Sequence record: DRR723986_638
Direction: 5' to 3' (one strand)
DNA: 57,169 bases
Shown: positions 9,978 to 18,814 of the stretch, one piece after another
Layout: each line of letters starts with the position of its first letter
How positions within the stretch are numbered: position 1 is the first letter of the stretch
The notes under the pieces: model-generated
Databases searched by the model: none
Seen by the model: the letters and a program-made list of their open reading frames with translations, nothing else
Told to the model about the DNA's origin: nothing
Made by a program: the position numbers and the translations under genes

Positions 9978-11530
9978 TGCTAAGGGATTTGCCGATACAG
10001 CGAAAAATACTGGTGTCGATTGTCGGCACGGTCACGATCGTGTTGGTGATGATCGAAACGGTTTTCGTGCTGTATAACTGGTTTAGCGTGCGGGAAACCG
10101 TCCAGAAGAATTTGCTGGCCGTTGCAGAGGTTTTTTCGCTCAATACAACGGCGGCAATGAGTTTTTCAGACTCCCAGGCCGCTGAGGAAATATTGTCATC
10201 GCTGCGTGGCATGCCGGAAATCCATCGCGCGTGTTTGTATCAAGGGGAAACCAAACAAGCGCAGCTATTTGCCAGTTATGTGCGCGGCAGTGATGCCAAG
10301 GACTGCCCGCTAAGCCTGTTAGACGTGAAGGCCTCCAAGCTGCAGGTGCTTACAGTGAATCGCGATGTCTGGCTCGGCAGCGAGCGCCTTGGGCGCCTGG
10401 TGATTGAACGTCAGCTATCCGACCTGTGGGCAAGTACCCGCCTCGATATTATGTTGCTGCTGCTTATGCTGCTGCTCAGTGTGGGTATTGCTTTTGTTAT
10501 ATCCAATAGTTTACAGAAACTCATTGCCGGGCCGATTCTTGCGTTGCTCGATACCACGCGAAAAGTGTCGCTGTCGGGTGACTATAGTTTGCGCGCCGAC
10601 AAGCATGGCGACGATGAAGTCGGAGAATTAATCGATGGCTTTAATGTCATGCTCTCCCACATTGCCACCCGTGATACCGACTTGGCGAGAGCGAAGGAAG
10701 AGCTGACACTCCGTATACATCAGGCCGATGCGGCGAATACTGAACTTCGCAAGGCCGTAGAGGACTTGAACCGAACACAGAAACAGTTGGTCGCCACTGA
10801 AAAAATGGCCTCACTGGGTGGCCTGGTGGCCGGTGTGGCGCATGAGGTGAATACCCCCGTTGGCGTGAGTGTCACGGCCGCGTCGACGCTGCGCGCCGAG
10901 AGTATAGAAGCGGAGCAGGCCTACAACGAAGGGAAATTGACCGGCAGTGGTCTGAAGCATTACTTCGAACACTGCATGCAGTCCACCGAGATTATTCTCA
11001 ATAATCTGCGCAGAGCGGCAGATTTAGTGCACAGCTTTAAACAGGTAGCGGTGGATCAAACCAGCTTTGAACGCAGGAAATTTAATCTAAAAAGCTATTT
11101 TGATGAAACCCTGCTGAGTCTGCGACCAAACTTGAAGAATACGCAGATCGCTGTAGAAATAGACTGTGAGGCGTCACTGGAAGCCAACTCCGTGCCGGGC
11201 GCGATCTCGCAGATATTTACCAACTTGCTGATGAATTCCCTTATGCATGCCTTTCCAGGCGGTGAAGCCGGCCGCATACGCGTGGTGGTAACCGAATGCG
11301 ACGGCGATATTGAAATCTGCTATAGCGATGATGGCTGCGGTATGGATGAAGAGGCGCGAGAAAAGATTTTTGAACCGTTTTTCACCACCAAGCGCGGCGC
11401 AGGCGGGAGTGGCCTGGGCATGCATATTGTCTTTAATCTTGTCAGCCAACAGCTGAAAGGGCAGGTTGAGGTCTTGTCTGCCTTAGGGGAAGGAACTGAG
11501 GTGCGTATTCGCTTCCCGTCGGGTCTTTAA
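9977..11530 (+). CDS. Membrane sensor histidine kinase (TM-periplasmic-TM-HAMP-HisKA-HATPase)
   Basis: Two TM helices, HAMP (DEVGELIDGFNVML), H-box EKMASLGGLVAGVAHEVNTP, N/G1/F/G2 boxes (NLLMNS, DDGCG, FEPFFTT, GSGLG); TGATG overlap with yfiR. Confidence 0.93.
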   Translation: MLRDLPIQRKILVSIVGTVTIVLVMIETVFVLYNWFSVRETVQKNLLAVAEVFSLNTTAAMSFSDSQAAEEILSSLRGMPEIHRACLYQGETKQAQLFASYVRGSDAKDCPLSLLDVKASKLQVLTVNRDVWLGSERLGRLVIERQLSDLWASTRLDIMLLLLMLLLSVGIAFVISNSLQKLIAGPILALLDTTRKVSLSGDYSLRADKHGDDEVGELIDGFNVMLSHIATRDTDLARAKEELTLRIHQADAANTELRKAVEDLNRTQKQLVATEKMASLGGLVAGVAHEVNTPVGVSVTAASTLRAESIEAEQAYNEGKLTGSGLKHYFEHCMQSTEIILNNLRRAADLVHSFKQVAVDQTSFERRKFNLKSYFDETLLSLRPNLKNTQIAVEIDCEASLEANSVPGAISQIFTNLLMNSLMHAFPGGEAGRIRVVVTECDGDIEICYSDDGCGMDEEAREKIFEPFFTTKRGAGGSGLGMHIVFNLVSQQLKGQVEVLSALGEGTEVRIRFPSGL

Positions 11531-11545
11531 ATATCTAATTTGGCC

Positions 11546-12244
11546 TTAGAACCGATAACTCAGCGCGAGCATCGCGATAGGCAACAGGTTCAAGTCATCC
11601 AATTCATTTTCAACTTCGCGCTGTTCGGCGGCCACTTCCTCTCGACATTGCTGGTTGGTGTTGCAGCTCCCCGTCGAGCGGATCTTAACGTTGGCGTCCC
11701 CGAGGCAGGCAACGCCCACGTCGGCGCTGAAGTGAAAACCTTGCCCGGTAGCTCTGGACCAACCAATACCGAGGTAGGGGCTCACCGGTTCGAAGTCGAT
11801 GTTGGTAATAACATCTCCGAGTATCGCGGGCGAAAAGCGGCTGTTGCCGAACTCACAGTTTGTTGTGCCAAGTACGGGAGAGTTTTCTTCGCAGCGGGTA
11901 ATAACCTTGGCAGAGCTGTTGTTAATTAATATGCCTGCACTTACCCGAAACCATTTGCCACTGGGGTGCCAGTCGGTCAGCAGATAGGCATTGCGCAGAT
12001 CGACATCGCTTTTGTAGCTGAGCTCATCGCCCTCAATACCGTTGTTGTCATCCCCTTCGAAGTCCAGTTTAAAACTGCCGTACAAGGCGCCACCGCGAAT
12101 GCCAAATTGCGGGGAAAAGCTGTATCCAAGCTCCGCGCCACCGCCAATCGTTGAAGCCTGCAAGCGCAGCGATGTGTCGGCGAGCGCAGGCGTGCTCACG
12201 GCCAGGCAGAGTAGTGCTGAGGTGGTATATCGACGTAGGTGCAT
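11546..12244 (-). CDS. Outer-membrane beta-barrel protein, uncharacterised
   Basis: Signal peptide ending in ALA, STIGGGAEL and PYLGIGW strands, C-terminal YRF; GAGGA RBS before ATG 12244. Confidence 0.75.
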   Translation of the reverse strand: MHLRRYTTSALLCLAVSTPALADTSLRLQASTIGGGAELGYSFSPQFGIRGGALYGSFKLDFEGDDNNGIEGDELSYKSDVDLRNAYLLTDWHPSGKWFRVSAGILINNSSAKVITRCEENSPVLGTTNCEFGNSRFSPAILGDVITNIDFEPVSPYLGIGWSRATGQGFHFSADVGVACLGDANVKIRSTGSCNTNQQCREEVAAEQREVENELDDLNLLPIAMLALSYRF

Positions 12245-12361
12245 GTTTCCTCGCTGTATATTCTGGCTTGGCGCTTCCACCCATTCGGGTGGTGCTGCTC
12301 GGGTCGAGCCTAGGTAGGCTTCAGGGACAAGTAATTCGAATAATTAAACAGGATAGTCAAA

Positions 12362-13150
12362 ATGTTGCTTAGAGACAAAGTCGTCATTGTGTCGGGTATC
12401 GGCCCGGGCTTGGGACAGGAGCTGGCCCTTGAAGCCGCGCGCCAGGGAGCAAAAGTGGCGATGTGTGCCCGCACCGCCAGTAAGCTCGATGATGCTGAAG
12501 CCCTGATTCGCAGTGAGGGCCTGGACAATGCGGTATTGAAGGTGGCTACCGATATTAGTGACCGCAAACAATGTGCAGAGCTGGTTGCCAAGACAATTGC
12601 CGAATTTGGCCGTATCGACGTGTTGTTTAACAGTGCCTACAACCCCGGAAACTTTGGGCCTATCGCTGAGGCAGATTTGGACAGCTGGCGAGACGCCATG
12701 GATGTGAACTTCTTCGGCACCATGGGGCTGACGCTTGAAGTCGTGCCGCAAATGAAGAAGCAGGGCGGCGGCGCGATCGTGATGATCAACACCATGGTAA
12801 CCCGCAAACCCATGCCGACTCAGGGCGGCTACGGCGCCTCCAAGGCGGCGCTTGCCAGTGCAACCGCTCACCTGGCGCTAGAACTGGGGCCTGACAATAT
12901 TCGTGTGAATTCGGCCTATATGGGCTGGATGTGGGGGCCGTCGGTCGAGGGCTATTTCCAAATGAATGCAGAGGCTGGCGGCCCCAGTGTAGAAGAGCAA
13001 AAAGCTGCTGTAGCTGCCAATATCCCGCTGCGCCGTATACCCGATGACGGCGACTGCGCCAAAGCCGCTGTGTTTTTGGGGTCGGAGTACTCTCGAGCGC
13101 TGACCGGTGCCGCGCTCGATGTAAATGGTGGCGATTTCTTGCCACATTAA
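12362..13150 (+). CDS. Short-chain dehydrogenase/reductase
   Basis: VSGIGPGLG Rossmann motif, YGASK catalytic motif, IRVNS. Confidence 0.92.
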   Translation: MLLRDKVVIVSGIGPGLGQELALEAARQGAKVAMCARTASKLDDAEALIRSEGLDNAVLKVATDISDRKQCAELVAKTIAEFGRIDVLFNSAYNPGNFGPIAEADLDSWRDAMDVNFFGTMGLTLEVVPQMKKQGGGAIVMINTMVTRKPMPTQGGYGASKAALASATAHLALELGPDNIRVNSAYMGWMWGPSVEGYFQMNAEAGGPSVEEQKAAVAANIPLRRIPDDGDCAKAAVFLGSEYSRALTGAALDVNGGDFLPH

Positions 13151-13241
13151 ACCGCTGCGAGGATTTAGTGCGCTATAGATGAATTCCATGCGGTCAGCGC
13201 TTAGAATCGAGGCTATTGCATCACAATGGCCTCGATCTTCT

Positions 13242-14396
13242 ATGTCTGAGATTTCTATCTCGCCGCGTATGGACGCTCTGCTGCGCGCGCTCTACGGCGG
13301 CACTTTGGAAACGCCCCCCTGGCAGGCGTTTCTGGATCAGCTCAGGGACGCCTTGGGCGGTAACTATGCGACCTTGCTGCTGCGGCCGCCGAATGAGCAC
13401 GACCCCGGCGTGATACTCAACGCGCTGGTGGTTTCGCCGGAAATCTATCGCGCCTACAACGAGACCTATTTTGCCTTAGACCCCTTTGTGAATCTTCCCG
13501 ATGGCGATGTCGTCACCGTGGCTGAGTACATGTCGGCAGAGGAGTTTGAGGCGTCCGAGTACTATCAAAATTATATAGAGCCAGCCAATGTGCGGCACAT
13601 CCTGGGTGCCGATTTATGGCACGGTGAGGAGCTACTGGCACGGCTGCGCGTCACGCGGCCAGAGAGCCGCGAAGATTTTGGCGCGCGGGAAAAGGCCCTG
13701 TGCAAGCAACTGCTGCCACATATTAAACAGGCGGTGCAAATCCACTCCCGGTTACGTGAAAGTGAACGCGAGCGAGTGCTGTATGCCAATACCATCGACA
13801 GTTTGTCGGTGGGCGTGATTACCCTGGATGCCAACGGCGATAGCTTAAATAGCAACCCAGTGGCCGAGCGCCTGTTAGCACAGGGGCGCGGTGTCGCATT
13901 GCAGGGAGGACGCCTGAGTTTTGAAAATCGGCGTGAGCAGCAAGACTTCAAAATGCTACTTGGCGAGGTAATACAGGCGCATCACCAGCGCGAGGCAGGC
14001 TGTGTTCGCGCCTTTCGCCTTGCAGGTGCCAGCTCATTGAGTGGCTTAAGCCTGCTGATACGACCACTGCCGCACAGCGACCACGGTGGTGAGCGGCGTC
14101 CGGCCGTTGCGGTGTTCATTAGTGACCCCATGGCACCGCGTCAGGCACCCAGTGATGTGTTAATCGAACTGTTCGGTTTAACACCTGCAGAGTCTAAATT
14201 GGCGGTGCGACTGGTCAACGGGCAAAGCCTGGACGAGGCATCGCTCAGTTTAAATATTTCTCGGAATACGGCTAAATCGCATCTCAGCTCGGTGTTTTCG
14301 AAAACCGGCGTCGCGCGGCAAACGCAGTTAATTCAGTTGATTTTGAATAGTGTCGTCACGCTGGCCGGCGAGCCGGCCAGCGATCGTCACGACTAG
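13242..14396 (+). CDS. LuxR-type HTH transcriptional regulator with N-terminal sensory (GAF/PAS-like) region
   Basis: C-terminal FGLTPAE...ISRNTAKSHLSSVFSKTGVARQTQL LuxR HTH; start uncertain (13179-13269). Confidence 0.85.
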   Translation: MSEISISPRMDALLRALYGGTLETPPWQAFLDQLRDALGGNYATLLLRPPNEHDPGVILNALVVSPEIYRAYNETYFALDPFVNLPDGDVVTVAEYMSAEEFEASEYYQNYIEPANVRHILGADLWHGEELLARLRVTRPESREDFGAREKALCKQLLPHIKQAVQIHSRLRESERERVLYANTIDSLSVGVITLDANGDSLNSNPVAERLLAQGRGVALQGGRLSFENRREQQDFKMLLGEVIQAHHQREAGCVRAFRLAGASSLSGLSLLIRPLPHSDHGGERRPAVAVFISDPMAPRQAPSDVLIELFGLTPAESKLAVRLVNGQSLDEASLSLNISRNTAKSHLSSVFSKTGVARQTQLIQLILNSVVTLAGEPASDRHD

Positions 14397-14956
14397 CTGG
14401 TGGGCGCTTTTTTAGCGGCTGCCTTTTTGGCTGCGGCCTTTTTAGCGGGAGCTTTTTTTGCTGGTGCTTTTTTGGCGGGTGCCTTTTTGGCTGCGGCTTT
14501 TTTAGCAGGGGCTTTCTTTGCCGCTGCCTTTTTAGCGGCCGCTTTCTTAGGTGGGTTTTTCTTGTCGAAGTCGCGCGCAGCATCGCGGGCAGCCTTAGCC
14601 AGAGCCTTGGCACGCTGATAGTCAGCCTTTAAATCCTGCATTTGTTCGCGGGCCATAATGACCAGCGCCTTGGCGTCCACCTCAAGCTCGCGCGCAGAGT
14701 CCACGGCCTTGTGGGCGCGCTCCACCTGACGCTGTATGCGGGCATCCATATTTTCTTTGGCTTTCTTTTGCAGCTCGCGCAGCTTTTCCTGCTCCTGGCG
14801 AATTTTCGCTCGCGCTTTTTCAGTTTGCGCCTTAGCGCGCTCCAGTGCTTTATCCGCGTCGGATATTAAGCGGTCGCGTAGCTTTTCTACTTTATCTTCC
14901 AGAGATTCAATCTCCCGGTTGATCAGCGCTACAGGGTCTAGTTTTTGTTTAGCCAT
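14393..14956 (-). CDS. AlgP-like histone H1-like DNA-binding protein
   Basis: N-terminal coiled coil followed by a KKA(A/P)A pentapeptide tail; GGAG RBS before ATG 14956. Confidence 0.72.
   Translation of the reverse strand: MAKQKLDPVALINREIESLEDKVEKLRDRLISDADKALERAKAQTEKARAKIRQEQEKLRELQKKAKENMDARIQRQVERAHKAVDSARELEVDAKALVIMAREQMQDLKADYQRAKALAKAARDAARDFDKKNPPKKAAAKKAAAKKAPAKKAAAKKAPAKKAPAKKAPAKKAAAKKAAAKKAPTS
14400..14550 (-). repeat. About 10 copies of a 15-nt coding repeat (KKAAA/KKAPA)
   Basis: Translation KKAAAKKAAAKKAPAKKAAAKKAPAKKAPAKKAPAKKAAAKKAAAKKAPT; units vary at synonymous positions. Confidence 0.9.
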
Positions 14957-15076
14957 GCTTTCTGACTCCGTCATAAAGTGTTGGGGTACGTCGCGAGCAG
15001 GAAGTCTGTTCGTTGGCTTAACATAGCAAATTTCCTGATAATGAACAGAGTAATGCAGCGAATGAGTGAACAAATT

Positions 15077-15367
15077 ATGAACAAGTCACAGAGCGATGCG
15101 ATAGAGGCAGCGGTTTTTCGCCGCTTGCTCGAGCATTTGGACGGCCGCAAAGATGTGCAAAATATCGACTTAATGAACCTGGCGGGTTTTTGCCGTAACT
15201 GTTTGTCGAAGTGGTATGCGGCTGCAGCCGAAGAGCAGGGCATAGAGGTGGATTACGACGCGGCGCGCGAAAGAGTCTATGGCATGCCGTATTCGCAATG
15301 GAAATCGAAATACCAAAAGGAAGCCAGCCCCGAAGCGCTGGCAGAGTTTAATAAAGAGCAGAAGTAG
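15077..15367 (+). CDS. DUF1244 family protein
   Basis: EAAVFRRLLEHL..RKDVQNIDLMNLAGFCRNCLSKWY signature. Confidence 0.88.
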   Translation: MNKSQSDAIEAAVFRRLLEHLDGRKDVQNIDLMNLAGFCRNCLSKWYAAAAEEQGIEVDYDAARERVYGMPYSQWKSKYQKEASPEALAEFNKEQK

Positions 15368-15374
15368 CAGCGCC

Positions 15375-15776
15375 CTAGAGGCCCCCATTGGGGATAAAGC
15401 GATTGCGGCTATTTGCGCGAATCCAGCGCAGTGTCTCAACAGATAGCTTTTCTCCGCGTTTGCGCAACACTTTGTTGATCCAAATGGCGGGGGATTCTGC
15501 GCCAGCTTCCCAGCCGCTAATCCGCTCTTCGGCAACAGTGAAGAAGCGAATGAGTGCCAGTAGCTCAGCGTTGTCGAAATCGGCCACAGCGAGTTGCCAG
15601 GGCTCAGCGGGTAGCCGCATGACGGCGCTATAGCGCTGCTGCTCCTCCTCAGTGAACGGCGAGGGGAGAGTTGCCAGGGACGCGTCGTCGCTCAGTGCTA
15701 TACAGCGCTCGAGAAAGTCTCGATCAATGGTGATAGCGGCTTTTTCAGAGTCCGGGGTCCAACTGCCAATACTCAT
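15375..15776 (-). CDS. Hypothetical protein
   Basis: AAGGA RBS before MSIGSW; 133-aa ORF filling the gap between DUF1244 and dinB. Confidence 0.7.
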   Translation of the reverse strand: MSIGSWTPDSEKAAITIDRDFLERCIALSDDASLATLPSPFTEEEQQRYSAVMRLPAEPWQLAVADFDNAELLALIRFFTVAEERISGWEAGAESPAIWINKVLRKRGEKLSVETLRWIRANSRNRFIPNGGL

Positions 15777-15870
15777 TGCTACGGCATTCCTTTTTAATTC
15801 AACGTGGGTGGTGTGGCGCACAGTATACCTCACTACCATGAGTGACAAGCGCTAGCTGCTCGCGTAAAGT

Positions 15871-15886
15871 CTGTATGTTTGTACAG
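15871..15886 (+). promoter_or_regulatory. LexA (SOS) box
   Basis: CTGTATGTTTGTACAG matches CTG-N10-CAG and lies just upstream of dinB. Confidence 0.85.
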
Positions 15887-15914
15887 TATTTGGCTTAAGC
15901 GGGTTTTCTGCGCC

Positions 15915-16979
15915 ATGGTGTCGGTGCTCAACACGAGAAAGATCATTCATTGCGACTGCGATTGTTTTTACGCTTCGGTGGAGATGCGTGATGACCCGCG
16001 TTTGCGCGGTAGGCCGATTGCCATTGGTGGCAAGGCCAGTCGGCGCGGCGTGATCGCTACCTGCAACTATGAGGCGCGCGCCTATGGTGTGCACTCGGCA
16101 ATGCCGACCGCAACCGCATTGCAGCGTTGCCCACAGCTGATTTTGGTCCCGCCGAATATGGATAAGTACCGCCATGTTGCTGCGCAGATTCGTGAAATAT
16201 TTAGTCGCTACAGCGAGCTGATCGAGCCGTTGTCCCTGGATGAGGCCTACCTGGATGTCAGCGAGTCGCCGCATTTTCAGGGCAGCGCCAGCCGCATTGC
16301 CGAAGCGATCCGGCAAGCGGTAGCCCGCGAAGTGGGAATCACCATTTCCGCGGGCGTTGCACCGAATAAATTTTTGGCGAAGATTGCCAGCGACTGGCAA
16401 AAACCTGACGGGCTTACGGTGATACGGCCTGATCAGGTCGATGACTTTGTTCGTGCGCTGCCGGTAACCAAGATTCACGGCGTCGGCAAAGTGATGGCGA
16501 CGAAGTTGGCGGCACTGGGAATCGAAACCTGCGAGCAGCTGCAAGGGTGGAGTGAGCTGGCCTTAGTGGAGCGTTTTGGTCGCTTTGGGCGACAGTTATA
16601 TGGTTATGCGCGCGGTGTGGATGCGCGGCCGGTAAAGGCCGAAAGGCAGCGCAAATCGTTAAGTGTTGAGCGCACGTTTGCCGAGGATCTGTCGCCAGGG
16701 GAGGCCGCGGATGCAGCGCTTGCTCAACTCATTGACGAACTACAGCGGCGTTTGCAGCCACATAGTAAACAGGCTATCGCTGGCGCGTTCGTCAAGTTGA
16801 AGAGCAGGGAATTTAAGGTAACGACCATCGAATTGCGCCAGGAAGGCAAGCTTGACCCTGCCTGCCTGCCACCGCTGATGATACAGGCCTGGGCGCGATT
16901 GCATTGCCCGGTTCGCTTGATTGGTGTGGGTGTTCGTTTCGCCGCGCCGGTAGAGCAACAGCAGCTCAGCCTTTTCTAA
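15915..16979 (+). CDS. dinB: DNA polymerase IV
   Basis: IIHCDCDCFYASVEMRD, NYEARAYGVHSAM, SLDEAYLD and NKFLAKIASDWQKPDG motifs. Confidence 0.95.
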   Translation: MVSVLNTRKIIHCDCDCFYASVEMRDDPRLRGRPIAIGGKASRRGVIATCNYEARAYGVHSAMPTATALQRCPQLILVPPNMDKYRHVAAQIREIFSRYSELIEPLSLDEAYLDVSESPHFQGSASRIAEAIRQAVAREVGITISAGVAPNKFLAKIASDWQKPDGLTVIRPDQVDDFVRALPVTKIHGVGKVMATKLAALGIETCEQLQGWSELALVERFGRFGRQLYGYARGVDARPVKAERQRKSLSVERTFAEDLSPGEAADAALAQLIDELQRRLQPHSKQAIAGAFVKLKSREFKVTTIELRQEGKLDPACLPPLMIQAWARLHCPVRLIGVGVRFAAPVEQQQLSLF

Positions 16980-17016
16980 CGCCGGCGGGGTGCTGATAAG
17001 ATTGCGTTGTTTGTAT

Positions 17017-17409
17017 TCAGGCTTCGCCAAGGCGTCTGCTGTAGGCTGACGCGCCTGTTTGGCCATCGGCGCCATAGGTGCGCAGGGCGGGGCTGCCCAG
17101 CCCGAGGATGTGCATGGCCTGTTCATTGTAATCTTGCTGTCGACTAAGCAGGCTGCCGATACGCTCATTCAGGTCGCGACAGCGGCGCAGGCTCTGAGTC
17201 ACCTCTGCAGACATCGCCCGCTCTGGCTGCTGCTGTTGGCGCAGGCGCTCGAGCGTCTCTAATTGCTGGCAGCAATCCATTTTTTGTTCTGCAAGCTCGC
17301 GCAGGCGGTCGGCGTCGCCGTGGTCGCGCAGCACTGCCAACTCTTCGTTTAACAGCGCTTCAAAGCGCTGGCTATGGGCCAGTAACTGTTGCTCGGTATC
17401 GGTCATCAT
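17017..17409 (-). CDS. flgN: Flagellar export chaperone
   Basis: Overlaps the flgM stop; helical, with CRDLNERIG and TYGADG FlgN-like motifs. Confidence 0.8.
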   Translation of the reverse strand: MMTDTEQQLLAHSQRFEALLNEELAVLRDHGDADRLRELAEQKMDCCQQLETLERLRQQQQPERAMSAEVTQSLRRCRDLNERIGSLLSRQQDYNEQAMHILGLGSPALRTYGADGQTGASAYSRRLGEA

Positions 17410-17711
17410 GCGCTAGGATCTGTAAGTCGTTCCAGGTCGACAAAGGCCTTTGCCACCTGTTCGCTGTCGACAGTGAACTCACCGTTGCGAATTGCGGTTT
17501 TAATCGCCTCCACTTTTTGGCGGTCGATACCGTCGCTGCCGGCTATTGCGGTTCGAGCGCGATCAACCAGGCTGCTATCAGCAGCTGGTGTGCTTGCCGA
17601 TTCGAGCGGCGACGTGGCACCGGCATCCGCGGCGTTGGTCGCGTTTGAAGACGGATTACTGTCGAGCCTTCTTGGCTGGCCGAGTGGGCCGCCATTAATT
17701 CGATCGACCAT
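17406..17711 (-). CDS. flgM: Anti-sigma-28 factor
   Basis: IDRQKVEAIKTAIRNGEFTVDSEQVA C-terminal motif; position after flgA. Confidence 0.9.
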   Translation of the reverse strand: MVDRINGGPLGQPRRLDSNPSSNATNAADAGATSPLESASTPAADSSLVDRARTAIAGSDGIDRQKVEAIKTAIRNGEFTVDSEQVAKAFVDLERLTDPSA

Positions 17712-17755
17712 GATAATTCCTCATTACATTGGCGTTATGGTATGCCTTATGACAG

Positions 17756-17782
17756 TTAACGGCAGCTATCGATAAAACTTTA
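17756..17782 (-). promoter_or_regulatory. Sigma28 promoter of flgMN
   Basis: Minus strand TAAA-N15-GCCGTTAA. Confidence 0.8.
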
Positions 17783-17790
17783 GCTTTTTT

Positions 17791-18486
17791 TTATTCGATT
17801 CGTACCGTATTACCACTAATGACAATACCTTCTAACTGTTTGCCTGAACTGATATTTTCCACCCGTATTCGAGCGCCCTTCGCCGCGTCTTGCAGGGCAC
17901 GGCCCTTCATGCTGACCTTAATGGCAGCACTGCGGCTAATGAGCTTGAGCTCTTGTCCTTTCTTTATCATCGCTGGGGCCTCCAGCATATTCGCGGTGAT
18001 AACCGCGCCCTGGGGAATACTGCGTCGGCTGAGCATTCCCTGACCACCAAGGCCCTTTTGGTATCCGTATGACAGACTCGATACATCGCGCTCCGTCCAA
18101 GTGATATCCGCTTCAGTCACTCGCTGGCCGGCAGCGATAGGGTGTTTGCTCACCATGACCTTAGTGAATGCCGCGATCGTTACCGGCAGGTACACCTTCC
18201 ACGCCCTAACACCTTCGCAGCGCACGCCCACCGTCGTGCGCCGCCGGATGCTCGCGCCGGGCGGCAAAAAGGCTTGTAGTCGCTGACTGCATTTTGCCAG
18301 ACGGGTGCGCGGGTCGAGTTCGCCCACGGTGATACGGGTGTTCTCATTTTGCCAGGGGTGGCGTTTGGCAATGAACTGGCTGGCAGTAGCGCTAATACGC
18401 TGCGCTGACTCCACGCCAGCGCTTGCCAGAGTGCTCGGGCAGACGCTGCTCAGGAGAGCGATGGTGATTGCTACGCGCCAGATCAT
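17791..18486 (-). CDS. flgA: P-ring assembly chaperone
   Basis: Signal peptide, LDPRTRLAKC...VGVRC..WKVYLPV, and GRALQD...IRVENISSGK. Confidence 0.9.
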   Translation of the reverse strand: MIWRVAITIALLSSVCPSTLASAGVESAQRISATASQFIAKRHPWQNENTRITVGELDPRTRLAKCSQRLQAFLPPGASIRRRTTVGVRCEGVRAWKVYLPVTIAAFTKVMVSKHPIAAGQRVTEADITWTERDVSSLSYGYQKGLGGQGMLSRRSIPQGAVITANMLEAPAMIKKGQELKLISRSAAIKVSMKGRALQDAAKGARIRVENISSGKQLEGIVISGNTVRIE

Positions 18487-18557
18487 GACACCTTATTCCC
18501 TCACTACTAATTTGCGGCGCCAAGTTTTTGTCGGCGCGGCGGCTTTATGAGGTAAGC

Positions 18558-18574
18558 AGCAATTGCTATGCCAG
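18558..18574 (-). promoter_or_regulatory. Sigma54 promoter of flgA
   Basis: Minus strand CTGGCATAGCAATTGCT (GG-N10-GC). Confidence 0.75.
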
Positions 18575-18716
18575 TTTTGCGAAATAGAGTGAGTGTTAGG
18601 AGGCGTGACAAAGACTTGCCGCTCGCCGGTAGAACTGGCGGCAAGGGCTTGCCGAAAAACCGACGGTTTGTTGGCGCCGGTTTTATAAGTTATTGAAAAA
18701 TATAGGAATAAAAAAG

Positions 18717-18732
18717 TGGCACGCGCTTTGCG
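18717..18732 (+). promoter_or_regulatory. Sigma54 promoter of the flgB operon
   Basis: TGGCACGCGCTTTGCG (GG-N10-GC), with an IHF-like site at 18686-18698 and FleQ-like boxes at 18607-18664. Confidence 0.8.
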
Positions 18733-18814
18733 TCGGACATGTCGAACGCCAAAGGCTTTGCGCTCTTATCCAGTGTATCGGCAGCGCAGCCCATAACTTT
18801 AGCGAGACAGATTT

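Noticed and set aside
14400-14618. Plus-strand ORF with AAFLA repeats
   Set aside because: It is the antisense shadow of the KKAAA repeat gene.
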